Below are positions 48,754 through 59,100 of a DNA stretch of 64,000 bases, one piece after another. The DNA comes from Candidatus Omnitrophica bacterium UBA6253 (GTDB lineage Bacteria > Omnitrophota > Gorgyraeia > Gygaellales > Profunditerraquicolaceae): the NCBI GenBank assembly GCA_002441245.1, contig DJVP01000005.1:2303-66302 (forward strand), in the 5' to 3' direction. The translations under genes were made by a program, and so were the position numbers. Position 1 is the stretch's first letter. Each line of letters opens with the position of its first letter. Below the pieces are notes generated by a model. That model saw only the letters and a program-made list of their open reading frames with translations, did no database searches and was not told the DNA's origin.

Positions 48754-49372
48754 TCCGGGTAGCCTTCCGCAACAATTTATCGCTGTCAAAGATAATGATG
48801 AAAATTTTATTTGGGTAGGCGAACCGCTGCTTGTTCCTTTTCTATGCACCGGGATTCCTTTTTTAATTATAGGTTTGTTATGGGGTGCGATGGATTACTT
48901 TGGTTTCATACGGCATATGGGAAACGCAAAGGGGGCCCTGCCGCTAGGGTTCGTAATACCATTTTTTACCTTACACTTATTTCCTTTTTGGGCGAGCATC
49001 CTTAATATATTCCGTCTTATTTTGGTGTACAAGAATACGTTTTATGCCATTACTAATAAGCGCTTAATGATGAGGAGCGGCTTCTGGGGCGTAGATTTTA
49101 ATGCTATAGACTATGATAAAATATCGGATATCCAGGTTACAGTTAATCCATTAGAAAATATTCTAGGCGTAGGGACGATACATATTTCAGCTGGCAAGGT
49201 TAGCAGTAAGGGCAGTCCTCTTACGAATGATTTTATTGCAGTCAATAATCCTTATGAAGTTTTTAAGAAAATAAAAACTGTAATGGTAGATGTAAAAACG
49301 GACTGGAACTATCCAAATAAACTACGGCCTGAGGATAACCCCGGATACAATACGAAATATGAGCCCAGGTAA
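48746..49372 (+). CDS. Membrane protein with bacterial PH domain (bPH_2, YdbS/YdbT-like)
   Basis: A two-TM hairpin is followed by YAITNKRLMMRSGFWGVDFNAIDYDKISDIQVTVNPLENILGVGTIHI, the bPH_2 signature. Confidence 0.55.
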   Translation: MLSPGSLPQQFIAVKDNDENFIWVGEPLLVPFLCTGIPFLIIGLLWGAMDYFGFIRHMGNAKGALPLGFVIPFFTLHLFPFWASILNIFRLILVYKNTFYAITNKRLMMRSGFWGVDFNAIDYDKISDIQVTVNPLENILGVGTIHISAGKVSSKGSPLTNDFIAVNNPYEVFKKIKTVMVDVKTDWNYPNKLRPEDNPGYNTKYEPR

Positions 49373-49389
49373 TTATTTTTGCTATAAAA

Positions 49390-49770
49390 ATGATTAATAA
49401 TTCAGATTCCAAAAAGAAAATCCTTGCTGTTGATGACGAAGTTGATTTCCTGAAAATTCTTAAGCTTAATCTTGAGGCCGATGGGTATGAAGTAATTACC
49501 GCCTTTGATGGGGAGGAGGCATTAAAGAAAATAAAAAACGATAATCCGGATGTGGTAATACTGGATATCGTGCTTCCTAAATTAAATGGCGAAGAAGTAT
49601 GCAGATGTATCCGTAAAGACCCTGTTTCCAATAAGATTCCGGTCATAATGTTGACTGGCAAGGATGCTGATGTTGAGCGTATAGTCAGCATGGTTATTGG
49701 TGCGGATATTTATATAACCAAGCCCGTTGATTTCGAAGATTTAAACAGCGCGATAAAAAAAGTTTTATAG
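49390..49770 (+). CDS. Single-domain response regulator (CheY-like receiver)
   Basis: ILAVDDEVDFLKIL (acidic pocket), the phospho-acceptor D in VVILDIVLP, and the K in ITKP. Confidence 0.8.
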   Translation: MINNSDSKKKILAVDDEVDFLKILKLNLEADGYEVITAFDGEEALKKIKNDNPDVVILDIVLPKLNGEEVCRCIRKDPVSNKIPVIMLTGKDADVERIVSMVIGADIYITKPVDFEDLNSAIKKVL

Positions 49771-49989
49771 AACAAGTGCCTTCCACCTATAAAGTCCTGC
49801 TATAAAATAAGGTCTTTCATCTATTTAGTAAATAAAGTTATCACTCCTGGTTAAATAAAGCTTTCCTTAAAAATAAAGATATTGACAAGAAAATAAGCAT
49901 ATAGTATCCTTTGTATGAATAGGGATACTTGTAATACAAGTTATACATAGTAAGCATATAGAAAGGTGTTATAAGAAAAGAGGAGAAAA

Positions 49990-50235
49990 ATGAATGACTT
50001 TCCCAAGTTTTTCGGCAAGGTACCGGTAGGAGCAAAAGGACAAATTGTTATCCCCGCAGAGGTAAGGAAGGAGATGGGGATTAAGCCGGGGGATAAGGTT
50101 ATTATTATTTCCGGGCCTCCGCATCATAAAAGGACATTTAGTATTTTTCCCGAAGATGAATTTAACAAATTCCTAAAGTTCTTTGACCATATGTCTACTT
50201 TAAAAGATGAATTTATTAAGCAAAACAAGAAATAG
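49990..50235 (+). CDS. AbrB/MazE/SpoVT-family DNA-binding protein
   Basis: Swapped-hairpin motif (KGQIVIPAEVRKEMGIKPGDKVIII). A promoter-like TTGACA/TATAGT lies upstream. Confidence 0.5.
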   Translation: MNDFPKFFGKVPVGAKGQIVIPAEVRKEMGIKPGDKVIIISGPPHHKRTFSIFPEDEFNKFLKFFDHMSTLKDEFIKQNKK

Positions 50236-50323
50236 TTATTCATATTCCTTAATTTGGGTTTTTGTAAGCTTAAGAGAATCTTTAGGATTTTGGGAATAAA
50301 TTTAATATCTTTACGTCTAATAT

Positions 50324-50884
50324 ATGAGAAACGAAATGAATGAAGACAGCTTTTATGTCAGACAGTTCCTTACCGGGGAAAAAGATGGTTTTGAGATATT
50401 GGTAAAGAAATACCAGGATAGGGTTTTAAACATAGTATATTCTATTATTAGGCAAGACAGGGAAAGCGAAGATATCATGCAGGAAGCATTTTTAAAAGTA
50501 TACCGTAATTTAAGATATTTTAAGGAGCGAAGTAAATTCTCAACCTGGCTTTATCGTATTGTTGTAAATACGGTGTATGATTTCTTACGCAAGAGAAGGA
50601 ATTTTATAAGTAATGAAGATATCCTGGAGATGAGGGCTGCTACTTGTGAGGGGCCCAGGGATACTTTGTTGACGAGAGAAAAAGAAGCAATGATCCAGGA
50701 GGCCTTGCTGGGCATACCCCTTAAATTCAGGGCCGCGTTGGTACTTAAGGATATCGAAGGTTTAAGCTATATTGAGATATCCGAAGTTTTGCGTTGTAGT
50801 ATCGGAACAGTTGAATCGAGAATTTTCCGGGCACGACAGTTTCTTAAAGAAGGGCTGCTTAAGCTCACAGGAGAATTGAGATGA
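50324..50884 (+). CDS. ECF (sigma-24 type) RNA polymerase sigma factor
   Basis: Region 2 is FLKVYRNLRYFKERSKFSTWLYRIVVNTVYDFLRKRR. Region 4 is the HTH (LSYIEISEVLRCSIGTVESRIFRARQFLKE). Confidence 0.85.
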   Translation: MRNEMNEDSFYVRQFLTGEKDGFEILVKKYQDRVLNIVYSIIRQDRESEDIMQEAFLKVYRNLRYFKERSKFSTWLYRIVVNTVYDFLRKRRNFISNEDILEMRAATCEGPRDTLLTREKEAMIQEALLGIPLKFRAALVLKDIEGLSYIEISEVLRCSIGTVESRIFRARQFLKEGLLKLTGELR

Positions 50885-51327
50885 AGGAATGCATAAAGGT
50901 AAGCAAATTATTATCCCGGTATCTTGATAAAGAGGCAAGTTGCGCCGACAATCTCTTAATTGAGGCGCACCTGGATAAATGTCTTTCTTGTAAAAAAGAA
51001 TTATTGGAGCTTTCCCGGATTAAGGAACTTGTTTTGGGAAAAGAACGAAAAACCCTGCCGCAGGATTATCTAGTTTGCCGTTTGCGCCAGAATATTGCTG
51101 ATGAACGCTGTATAATTAAACAAGGGTTGTCCTGGTTGTCCGGAATAGGGGATTTTTCGCGTAAAATTATCCCCGTTCCTGTTGCTGTAATTGTAATATC
51201 GCTTGTATTCATGATATTAACTTCTAAACAGCAACTGACTGAATATTCATTGGAGGAGCACGTATTGAGCGGGGCCCAAACAACAACAGAGACAGCCTTA
51301 GGCGTAATGCTGGGAGTATTAAATTAA
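50881..51327 (+). CDS. Anti-sigma factor (zinc-finger type, single TM)
   Basis: Translationally coupled to the ECF sigma gene. N-terminal H..C..C motif (HLDKCLSCKKE) and a TM at residues about 95-115. Confidence 0.6.
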   Translation: MKECIKVSKLLSRYLDKEASCADNLLIEAHLDKCLSCKKELLELSRIKELVLGKERKTLPQDYLVCRLRQNIADERCIIKQGLSWLSGIGDFSRKIIPVPVAVIVISLVFMILTSKQQLTEYSLEEHVLSGAQTTTETALGVMLGVLN

Positions 51328-51337
51328 GGAAAGTGAG

Positions 51338-51853
51338 GTGATTGATATGGATAAGAATGTAGTGTATGTTGCCGTATTTGGGGTTTTGTGTGTTTTAGCG
51401 GGAGTCTTAGTTGGGGCAGGGATAACTAAGAGTAGAAATTTGCCATGGCGTGGTCCTGAGAGGCCTGATTTTTCAGAAAGGGCTGAACGTTTTATGAGGC
51501 ATGGCCCAAGAGATGCCAGGGAAAGAAAGACTGGGGTTGGCCCAATTAAGATGCTGACAGTTAAGCTGGGTCTTAACGCGGGACAGAAAGCAAAAATTGC
51601 GGAGATCTTAGAAAATACGCGCCAGGAAATCGATAGAGTAGGAAAGAATATCCGTAGTGCTATTATCGAGATTAAGGAAAAAGGAGACAAGCAGATTATG
51701 GGCGTGCTTACCCCCCAGCAACAGGAGGAATTCAAGGCATTGCAAAATGAGTTTGAGGCAGGCCGCGGATCCAGGGGCCCGGAAATGGAGCCTGGGAAAA
51801 TAAGAGGGTTTGGCCCAGGCCTGAATGAAGAATTACCGGTAACCCAGGGGTGA
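51338..51853 (+). CDS. Periplasmic LTXXQ-motif protein (Spy/CpxP-like envelope stress chaperone)
   Basis: Signal peptide and alpha-helical content. LTPQQQEEFKALQNEF is an LTXXQ motif. Confidence 0.45.
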   Translation: MIDMDKNVVYVAVFGVLCVLAGVLVGAGITKSRNLPWRGPERPDFSERAERFMRHGPRDARERKTGVGPIKMLTVKLGLNAGQKAKIAEILENTRQEIDRVGKNIRSAIIEIKEKGDKQIMGVLTPQQQEEFKALQNEFEAGRGSRGPEMEPGKIRGFGPGLNEELPVTQG

Positions 51854-51926
51854 GTGAGTGTTTGCTTATGAAATTGCTGGTTATGCAGAGAGATATGTAT
51901 CTCTCTGCATTATCCCTATCTTATAG

Positions 51927-53210
51927 ATGAAGAGATTTGTGAAGGGCATAATAACAATAATAATGCTATGGGGTTTTTCCCCGTATACTGCCTATGCCGA
52001 AGAAACGCTTAGCTGGCAGGATTGCGTAAAAGAGGCAGCGAAAAACCATCCGGATTTAATTGCTGCAGTGGAAGAGATAAAACAATCAGAGGCTGCCAAG
52101 AAAATAACCGCCAGCAGCCTTTACCCACAAATAGACGCTAATCTTAATGCTTCAACTTCTCGGACTGCAACCGACAATAAACCAGGGACTACCGCCGATA
52201 GCTATAGTTACGGGGTGAGCGGTACCCAACTTATATTCGATGGGAACAAGACAATTAATAATGTAAGGGCTAATTCGGAAGATATCAAAGCATCTCAACA
52301 AAACTACAGGTTCACATCTACGCAGGTAAGGCTGAATCTACGCACTGCGTTTATCAATTTGTTAAAAGCACAGGAATTGATCCGCGTTACAGAAGAGATT
52401 GTAAAAATAAGAAAAGAGAATTACGAACTTATAACCTTGCGTTATGAATCCGGTTTAGAGCATAGAGGCGCGTTGTTAACCGCGGAAGCAAACTTAGCAG
52501 AAGCTTTATTTGAACTTGCCCAGGCAAAAAGAGATATAGGCCTGGCACAGAGGCAAATGACTAAAGAAATGGGTAGAAGAGAATTTATTCCAATGATGGT
52601 AAAGGTTGATTTTGATGTGGTTGATTCAGCTAGGGATAAGCCTGATCTGGAGGCTTTGGTTAAAAACCATCCGTCATTGCAGCAGCTTATTTCTCAAAAG
52701 AATTCCGCTGAGTTTAGCCTGAGATCCGCTTATGCTAATTTCTCTCCTACCCTTTCCGGTTCCGCAGGGGCTAATAAAGGAGGTACCCGTTGGACGCCCA
52801 GAGGCGACAATTGGAACCTGGGCCTTGCTTTATCAGTCCCCATATTCGAAGGAGGCTTAAGGCTGGCGCAGGTATCTCAAGCCCAAGGTTTACTTAACCA
52901 GCTGAAAGAAAACGAAAGAAGCGCAAAGGACGGCCTGGTAGTTGCTTTGGAACAGGCCTGGGTGTCTTTGCAGGATGCTATTGAAACAGTGGATGTTCAA
53001 TACAAAAACCTTAATGCTACTGAAGAGCGTTCTAAAATAGCCGAAGCAGAATACGCGACAGGGTTTATTACTTATGATAACTGGACAATTATTGAAGATA
53101 ACCTTGTGCAAGCTAAGATCAGCTATTTAAATGCCCGGGCTAATGCATTACAGACCGAGGCAAACTGGATCAAGGCGAAAGGAGAGACGTTAGAATATGC
53201 CAAAAATTAA
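51927..53210 (+). CDS. TolC-family outer membrane efflux protein
   Basis: Signal peptide. The two OEP repeats have the conserved SQ...AEANLA... pattern. 427 aa. Confidence 0.8.
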   Translation: MKRFVKGIITIIMLWGFSPYTAYAEETLSWQDCVKEAAKNHPDLIAAVEEIKQSEAAKKITASSLYPQIDANLNASTSRTATDNKPGTTADSYSYGVSGTQLIFDGNKTINNVRANSEDIKASQQNYRFTSTQVRLNLRTAFINLLKAQELIRVTEEIVKIRKENYELITLRYESGLEHRGALLTAEANLAEALFELAQAKRDIGLAQRQMTKEMGRREFIPMMVKVDFDVVDSARDKPDLEALVKNHPSLQQLISQKNSAEFSLRSAYANFSPTLSGSAGANKGGTRWTPRGDNWNLGLALSVPIFEGGLRLAQVSQAQGLLNQLKENERSAKDGLVVALEQAWVSLQDAIETVDVQYKNLNATEERSKIAEAEYATGFITYDNWTIIEDNLVQAKISYLNARANALQTEANWIKAKGETLEYAKN

Positions 53211-54174
53211 ATCAAAGATTATTTTTGTAGTTTTAGGTTTGTTGGTTATCTCTGTGTTTGTTATTATGAAAATAAGGAGTAAGGGCTCAGGTTCTGAGAT
53301 AATCAATGAAACCAGCCCTATGATAGGCACAATCCAGACTTTTATTTCTACCACTGGTACGGTCCTTCCTAAAAACCGCCTGGAGATTAAACCTCCGGTT
53401 GCCGGCCGGATTGAAAGTATTTTAGTCCAGGAGGGGGAAGATGTAAAAACAGGCCAGATTTTAGCCTGGATGAGCTCTACTGAACGGGCTGCCCTTCTTG
53501 ATGCTGCCGAGGGCCAAGGAGACAAAGTATTAAAGTATTGGAAAGAAGTTTATAAGGCCATACCTCTGCTTTCGCCTATAGACGGAGAAGTTATAGTCGC
53601 TACAACCCAGCCCGGCCAGACTGTTACGGCCAGTGATGCCGTAGTTGTTTTATCGGATCGCCTTATTGTACGGGCGCAGGTAGATGAAACTGATATAGGA
53701 AAAATTAAGCTTAAACAAAGCGCTTTTATAACGTTAGATGCCTATCTTGATGCAAGGATTGGGGCGGTTGTCGACCATATATATTACGAATCGGAAACCG
53801 TGAATAACGTGACTATATATAAGGTTGACCTTATCCCGGAAAATATACCTGAGTTTTTTCGCTCAGGAATGAATGCGACAGTTGATTTTAAAGTTGAGAC
53901 CCGGGAAAATGTACTGCTTTTACCGGTAGAAGCAGTGCGCAGGGAAAAAGAAGACAGTTATGTTTTATTAAAACAGGAAGGCAGTAATAATCCAGCTAAG
54001 CGCATAATTAAAATCGGTATTACCGATGATAAAAATTATGAAGTTCTTTCTGGGGTAACTTCTTCAGATACAGTACTTGTTACAACAAAGAAATATGTAT
54101 TCTCCGGAGTTGATAGTTCAGGCAACAATCCATTTTTGCCTAATATAAGGAGAAGCGGTTCATCCAAGAAATAA
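53197..54174 (+). CDS. Efflux periplasmic adaptor, MacA/HlyD-like
   Basis: N-terminal TM. The lipoyl/beta-barrel is MFP-type (GTVLPKNRLEIKPPVAGRIESILVQEGEDVKTGQILAWM). Confidence 0.8.
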   Translation: MPKIKSKIIFVVLGLLVISVFVIMKIRSKGSGSEIINETSPMIGTIQTFISTTGTVLPKNRLEIKPPVAGRIESILVQEGEDVKTGQILAWMSSTERAALLDAAEGQGDKVLKYWKEVYKAIPLLSPIDGEVIVATTQPGQTVTASDAVVVLSDRLIVRAQVDETDIGKIKLKQSAFITLDAYLDARIGAVVDHIYYESETVNNVTIYKVDLIPENIPEFFRSGMNATVDFKVETRENVLLLPVEAVRREKEDSYVLLKQEGSNNPAKRIIKIGITDDKNYEVLSGVTSSDTVLVTTKKYVFSGVDSSGNNPFLPNIRRSGSSKK

Positions 54175-54179
54175 TACAA

Positions 54180-56153
54180 ATGATAGAAATTAAGAATTTA
54201 TCTAAAACTTATCAAATGGGGACGGTTAAGGTGGAGGCTTTACGCGGGGTATCCTTAAAGATTGCCTCAGGAGAGTTTGTTGCTATTATTGGCGCTTCCG
54301 GATCAGGAAAATCCACTCTTATGCATGTGTTGGGTTTACTTGATAGGCCGGACTCAGGAGAATATTTTTTGGGAGGCGAAGAAGTAACAAAACTTTCAGA
54401 TAAGGAATTAGCCTTGATTAGGAACCAATTGGTCGGTTTTGTCTTTCAGCAATTTCACTTGCTGCCGAGAATGACAGCTTTAGAAAATGCCGAACTTCCT
54501 TTAGTTTATGCCGGGAAACGGCATATGAAACAAGTGGCGGCAGAGAGACTTAAAGAAGTAGGCCTGGAGGATAGGATTCTCCACCGTCCAAATGAAATGT
54601 CCGGAGGCCAGCAACAGAGGGTTGCGATTGCCCGTTCTTTGGTTAATGACCCTCCAATAATTTTTGCAGATGAACCTACGGGGAACCTTGATACAAAGAG
54701 CAAAGAAGAAATAATGTCTATATTAATAAAACTTAACCAAATGGGCAAGACTATTGTTTTGGTCACCCATGAGAGTGAAATCGCTGCACGAGCCAGAAGA
54801 ATTATTCAGATGCGCGACGGAGAGGTAATTTCTGATAAGATTATTTCTAAAGAGCAAGAATCCGCTGCCGCAGGCATCACTAAAAACCTGATAAGCAGTA
54901 TTTTATCAGGGGCAGGTAAGGTTACAAAAGGCGGAATGGAGTTTTTGGATTATCTGCGCCAGGCTATCTCTGCTATGTTATCGCATAGGATGCGCGCGTT
55001 TTTGTCTATTCTTGGAATACTTATTGGCGTAGCCGCGGTTATTGCAATGCTGGCGATTGGCCAAGGGTCTAAAGAATCTATTGAAAAACAGCTGGCATCG
55101 CTAGGCTCCAATCTTCTTATGGTCAGGCCAGGATCAATTAAATCAGGAGGGATAGCTTCACAGGCCGGGACAACTACCCGTTTTACTCTTCAGGATGTGA
55201 CAGCTATTAAGAAACTGAGTGATTACGTAAGCAGGGCTAGTCCTTCGGTAACAGGCAGGGGGCAGATAGTCTATGGGAGTAAAAACTGGAATACTCAGGT
55301 TGAAGGAGTGGGTGTGGATTATGCGCCGTTACGCGCAGCTATCCCGACAATCGGAAGATTTTTTAATGAAGATGAGGTAAGGATGAGAAGCAAGGTAGTT
55401 TTGCTTGGTAATACTGTTGTAAGGGAAATTTTTGGAGAGGATAATCCTATAGGTGAGACTATAAAGATAAATTTGTTAAATTTTAAAGTAATCGGGATTT
55501 TACCGACTAAAGGAGCTGGCGGTTTTCATGATCAAGACGATACTGTAATTATACCCATAACTACAGCGATGTACCGGGTTTTGGGTAAAGAATATATTGA
55601 TTCTGTCTATGTAGAAGCGAGCAGCGCGGATACAATTGATGCCGCCGAGGAAGCGATCGGTAAGCTTATTATAAAGCAGCACCGCCTGATTACTGAAGAC
55701 CAGAAAGATTCCTTCCAAATCCGCAATATGTCCGATATCAAGAAGACGCTCGAGGCTACTACTCAAACAATGTCGCTTTTGCTTGGAGCAATCGCGGCTA
55801 TTTCGCTTTTAGTCGGCGGCATAGGCATTATGAATATTATGCTTGTTTCAGTTACCGAGCGCACGCGCGAAATCGGCCTACGTAAGGCAATAGGGGCAAA
55901 CAATAAAGATATTATGACTCAATTCCTTATCGAAGCAGTGTTGATGTCTCTTATCGGAGGCTTAGCCGGCGTTATATTCGGCAGCGGTTCAGCTGTAATA
56001 ATAACTATGGTTGCAAAATGGTCGGTAAGAATTTCTTTGTCTTCAATAATTCTTGCTACGGTTTTCTCCCTGATAGTGGGGGTGGTTTTTGGGCTTTGGC
56101 CGGCAAGGCAGGCCTCGCGGCTTAATCCTATTGAGGCTTTGAGATATGAGTAA
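54180..56153 (+). CDS. macB: MacB-type ABC transporter (fused ATPase + FtsX-like permease)
   Basis: Walker A is GASGSGKST, the signature motif is MSGGQQQRVAIARSL, and Walker B is IIFADEPTGNLD. A large periplasmic domain and 4 TMs follow. Confidence 0.9.
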   Translation: MIEIKNLSKTYQMGTVKVEALRGVSLKIASGEFVAIIGASGSGKSTLMHVLGLLDRPDSGEYFLGGEEVTKLSDKELALIRNQLVGFVFQQFHLLPRMTALENAELPLVYAGKRHMKQVAAERLKEVGLEDRILHRPNEMSGGQQQRVAIARSLVNDPPIIFADEPTGNLDTKSKEEIMSILIKLNQMGKTIVLVTHESEIAARARRIIQMRDGEVISDKIISKEQESAAAGITKNLISSILSGAGKVTKGGMEFLDYLRQAISAMLSHRMRAFLSILGILIGVAAVIAMLAIGQGSKESIEKQLASLGSNLLMVRPGSIKSGGIASQAGTTTRFTLQDVTAIKKLSDYVSRASPSVTGRGQIVYGSKNWNTQVEGVGVDYAPLRAAIPTIGRFFNEDEVRMRSKVVLLGNTVVREIFGEDNPIGETIKINLLNFKVIGILPTKGAGGFHDQDDTVIIPITTAMYRVLGKEYIDSVYVEASSADTIDAAEEAIGKLIIKQHRLITEDQKDSFQIRNMSDIKKTLEATTQTMSLLLGAIAAISLLVGGIGIMNIMLVSVTERTREIGLRKAIGANNKDIMTQFLIEAVLMSLIGGLAGVIFGSGSAVIITMVAKWSVRISLSSIILATVFSLIVGVVFGLWPARQASRLNPIEALRYE

Positions 56154-56394
56154 CCAGTAGCAATAGATATCTCTGTTTATCCAGCATGGGAGGTCCCTAA
56201 AGTTGTCCGCTTGGCGGATATCCGGGAGTTTGTAGAAGAAATATTGAAACTTAAAAGAAATAAACCTAAACCTTCATTGGCTACAAATATAGCCGGTGAA
56301 GGTTTTGTTTTTAGTAGAAAGAAAAAATAACTTGACAATATAATTATAGTATGCTACATTTTTAGTGTAAGCTTCAAAAGTATGGAGGGTTAAA

Positions 56395-57069
56395 GTGGTA
56401 AAAAAGGAATATTCGTTGCGTGAGAGAAAACACGCCAGGACAAAGATTGCGATAATGGATGCTTTTATTAAGCGTTTAGAAAAGTCCCGATTTGATGATA
56501 TCTCCATCCGCCAGATTTGTAAAAGTGTTGAGGTTTCCGAGGGGACATTCTTTAATTATTTTCCGGAGAAAATTGATATTATTAATTATTATATGAATCT
56601 TATGTTCCTTAAAATCATCTGGAAGGCCCGCAAGGACGCGACGCAGGTGCAATATATACCTTTAATTAATGCTACCTTCTCGGGATTAGCTGAGGAGTTG
56701 TTAAACCATAATAATATTGTTTATCAAATGATTTCTCTTATGATTGTTCAGCGGGAAAAGCCAAAAACAGTAGTAATATCAAATCTGGAAAGACAGATTT
56801 ATTTTCCTGGTGCCGAAGGTATTGATAATATTAGGGTTATGCTTGTAGATGATTTCTTAAGGGAGTGCCTGCTAGGGGCGGTAAGGAATGGTGAGCTTCC
56901 TAAAGATATTAAAATCAATGATGTGCTTGTGTCTTTGATGACCATACTCAGTGGTAGTTTATTGGCAGCTAAATTTGCGGAGATCAAAGATAGATCATAC
57001 CATTATATGCGTCAACTACGTTTTCTCTGGAATGGATTAGGGGTAAAAGAGCAGTTGAGGGGGAGATGA
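56395..57069 (+). CDS. TetR-family transcriptional regulator
   Basis: N-terminal HTH (RTKIAIMDAFIKRLEKSRFDDISIRQICKSVEVSEGTFFNYF). Confidence 0.75.
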   Translation: MVKKEYSLRERKHARTKIAIMDAFIKRLEKSRFDDISIRQICKSVEVSEGTFFNYFPEKIDIINYYMNLMFLKIIWKARKDATQVQYIPLINATFSGLAEELLNHNNIVYQMISLMIVQREKPKTVVISNLERQIYFPGAEGIDNIRVMLVDDFLRECLLGAVRNGELPKDIKINDVLVSLMTILSGSLLAAKFAEIKDRSYHYMRQLRFLWNGLGVKEQLRGR

Positions 57070-58406
57070 AAAAACAGATTTTGCTTATTATAAACTTAAG
57101 TATCGCTGCAGTGTTTGCTCTTAATGTTTATGCCGGTTATGCGGCAGAAGGCTCTATTTTACAGATAAGTCTTGATGAAACTATTAAACGGGCTCTGGCT
57201 ACCAGCGAGGAATTGAAAATAAAAGAACGGGAGATTGACAGGGCCCAAGGAGTTTATAGGGAAACGCGTTCAGGAATCTTGCCTCATATAAGCGCGGAAT
57301 TAAGCTGGAGCCATAATCTGGATTATCCTGATAGTGCGGCAAGTAGCTATTCTGATCATGAATTTAATAGTGGAGTAAGCGCTTCGCAGATCCTTTGGTC
57401 ATTTGGTAAGATTGCGTATGCGGTTAATTCGGCTAAGAAAACAGTTGAAGCAAGCAGGTTTAACAGGGAGGCAGGGAGGCAGGAAATTATTTATACCGCA
57501 AAATTAAGTTATTACAGCAGCCTGTTAGCTAGAAATGCCTTGTCGATAACAGAGAAATCGTATGCAAACGTCCTGGAGAATAAAAAACTGCTGGGTGATC
57601 GTTCGTATGGCGGGCGCAGCTCTAAATATGAGATCATCAGGATGAATGCTGAAGTGGCTTCCCGGATTCCTACGGTAAATGAAGCCCGGACACAGTTTGA
57701 TTCGGCCACGGAAACATTAAGAAAAATTATTGATGTAGATCTTGAATCAAAGATTGAGCTTTCGGGAGATTTTCAGGGAAAATACGATGATTTTAAGTTT
57801 GAAACCCTGGTAGCCGTCATGAATGAGTATGAACCTTCTTTACAGAGTTTTAGCAAGGCTATTGAATCGGCTGAGGAAAAAGTAAAGAGTAGGCATGCCA
57901 GTTTTCTGCCCACCTTATCTGCTTTTGCCTCCTGGAGTTATCGCGGCGGGTCTAATGAACACCCTTTTTTAAATGGCAATGAATTAGACAATTATTCGCT
58001 TGCGGGTTTTAAGGTGAGTATACCGATTTGGGAAGGCGGAGAAAAGCAAGCCCAGCTTACTCAATCCAAAGCAGATAAAGAAATAGCGGTTCTTAAAAAG
58101 AAGCAGTTGGGGAAAAACCTGTTATTGGAACTTAAGAAAGCCTATCTGGTATATAAGCAATATAAAGAAAACCTTAAGGCAAATATCGATGCGGTTAATT
58201 TAGCCGAAGAATCATTTAAGCAGACACAGGAGATGTTTGCTTCCGGGCAGGTAACCCTGACAGATTTAAATGATGCCGAACTTCTTTTAACCAATCAAAG
58301 GCTGAATAAAGAGGCGACCCTATTTAACATTAATATAACTTTAGCAGAAATTGAAAAACTCATTGCTGGGCAATATGATGAACAAAGGACTGATAAAAAA
58401 TCTTAA
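57066..58406 (+). CDS. TolC-family outer membrane efflux protein (second)
   Basis: Signal peptide. Two OEP repeats. 446 aa. Confidence 0.8.
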   Translation: MKKQILLIINLSIAAVFALNVYAGYAAEGSILQISLDETIKRALATSEELKIKEREIDRAQGVYRETRSGILPHISAELSWSHNLDYPDSAASSYSDHEFNSGVSASQILWSFGKIAYAVNSAKKTVEASRFNREAGRQEIIYTAKLSYYSSLLARNALSITEKSYANVLENKKLLGDRSYGGRSSKYEIIRMNAEVASRIPTVNEARTQFDSATETLRKIIDVDLESKIELSGDFQGKYDDFKFETLVAVMNEYEPSLQSFSKAIESAEEKVKSRHASFLPTLSAFASWSYRGGSNEHPFLNGNELDNYSLAGFKVSIPIWEGGEKQAQLTQSKADKEIAVLKKKQLGKNLLLELKKAYLVYKQYKENLKANIDAVNLAEESFKQTQEMFASGQVTLTDLNDAELLLTNQRLNKEATLFNINITLAEIEKLIAGQYDEQRTDKKS

Positions 58407-59100
58407 TTCCAGGAAAAGGATATACGCGGCGATATTACTCTTTATCGTCTTTTCTGTGTTTGTGAGGATAATGTTAGTACAGGCCGAGCGCAACCGTTCG
58501 ATTGTCAGTTTTGTTTCCGAATGGAACAAGTTTGGTAAGCCAGTGGTTGTTAAGGCAATTAAGGCAACAGATACCCCGGTATATGCAAAATTTACGGTTA
58601 TCAATACTTCTGTTAAATCTGCAAGCGGTTTTGTAACCGGAGATATTAAGGATAAACTTAAAGTGGGACAGAAGATTTATTTTACGGATAAAGGTAATTC
58701 TTGTGGGGTAATTTCCGGGTTAGGGCAGGAATTAGATATAGATACCGGTATGTTCCCGGTAGAGGTGAAGTTTAATGTTCCGGTTGCCAAACCGGGTTCG
58801 TTAGCGGTAATTTTTGCGCGCATTCAGACTCTACAGAAAGCGTTGGTAGTGCCTAACAGTATAATTGATACATCCGGAGGTAGCCACTACTTGTGGAAAA
58901 TAGAGAATGGGAAGGCCAGGAGGGTTCAGGTAAAGGTCGGCTCAAGTAATGGGTACGGCACGGTTATTAATGAAGGGATTAACTCAGGCGATTTAATTGT
59001 TTTTAACGGCCGCAGCATATTGTCTGAAAATGACTTAGTGCGTATTGTCCCTGCTGATGTGGCATTGCGGCTAATTGATACTGAAGGCAGAAAACTATGA
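58375..59100 (+). CDS. Short RND efflux periplasmic adaptor (beta-barrel + MP domains, no alpha-hairpin)
   Basis: N-terminal TM, then a beta-barrel/membrane-proximal domain (LAVIFARIQTLQKALVVPNSII...YLWKIENGKARRVQVKVG). Start set at the ATG at 58375; the ORF-track start is an upstream TTG. Confidence 0.65.
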   Translation: MMNKGLIKNLNSRKRIYAAILLFIVFSVFVRIMLVQAERNRSIVSFVSEWNKFGKPVVVKAIKATDTPVYAKFTVINTSVKSASGFVTGDIKDKLKVGQKIYFTDKGNSCGVISGLGQELDIDTGMFPVEVKFNVPVAKPGSLAVIFARIQTLQKALVVPNSIIDTSGGSHYLWKIENGKARRVQVKVGSSNGYGTVINEGINSGDLIVFNGRSILSENDLVRIVPADVALRLIDTEGRKL

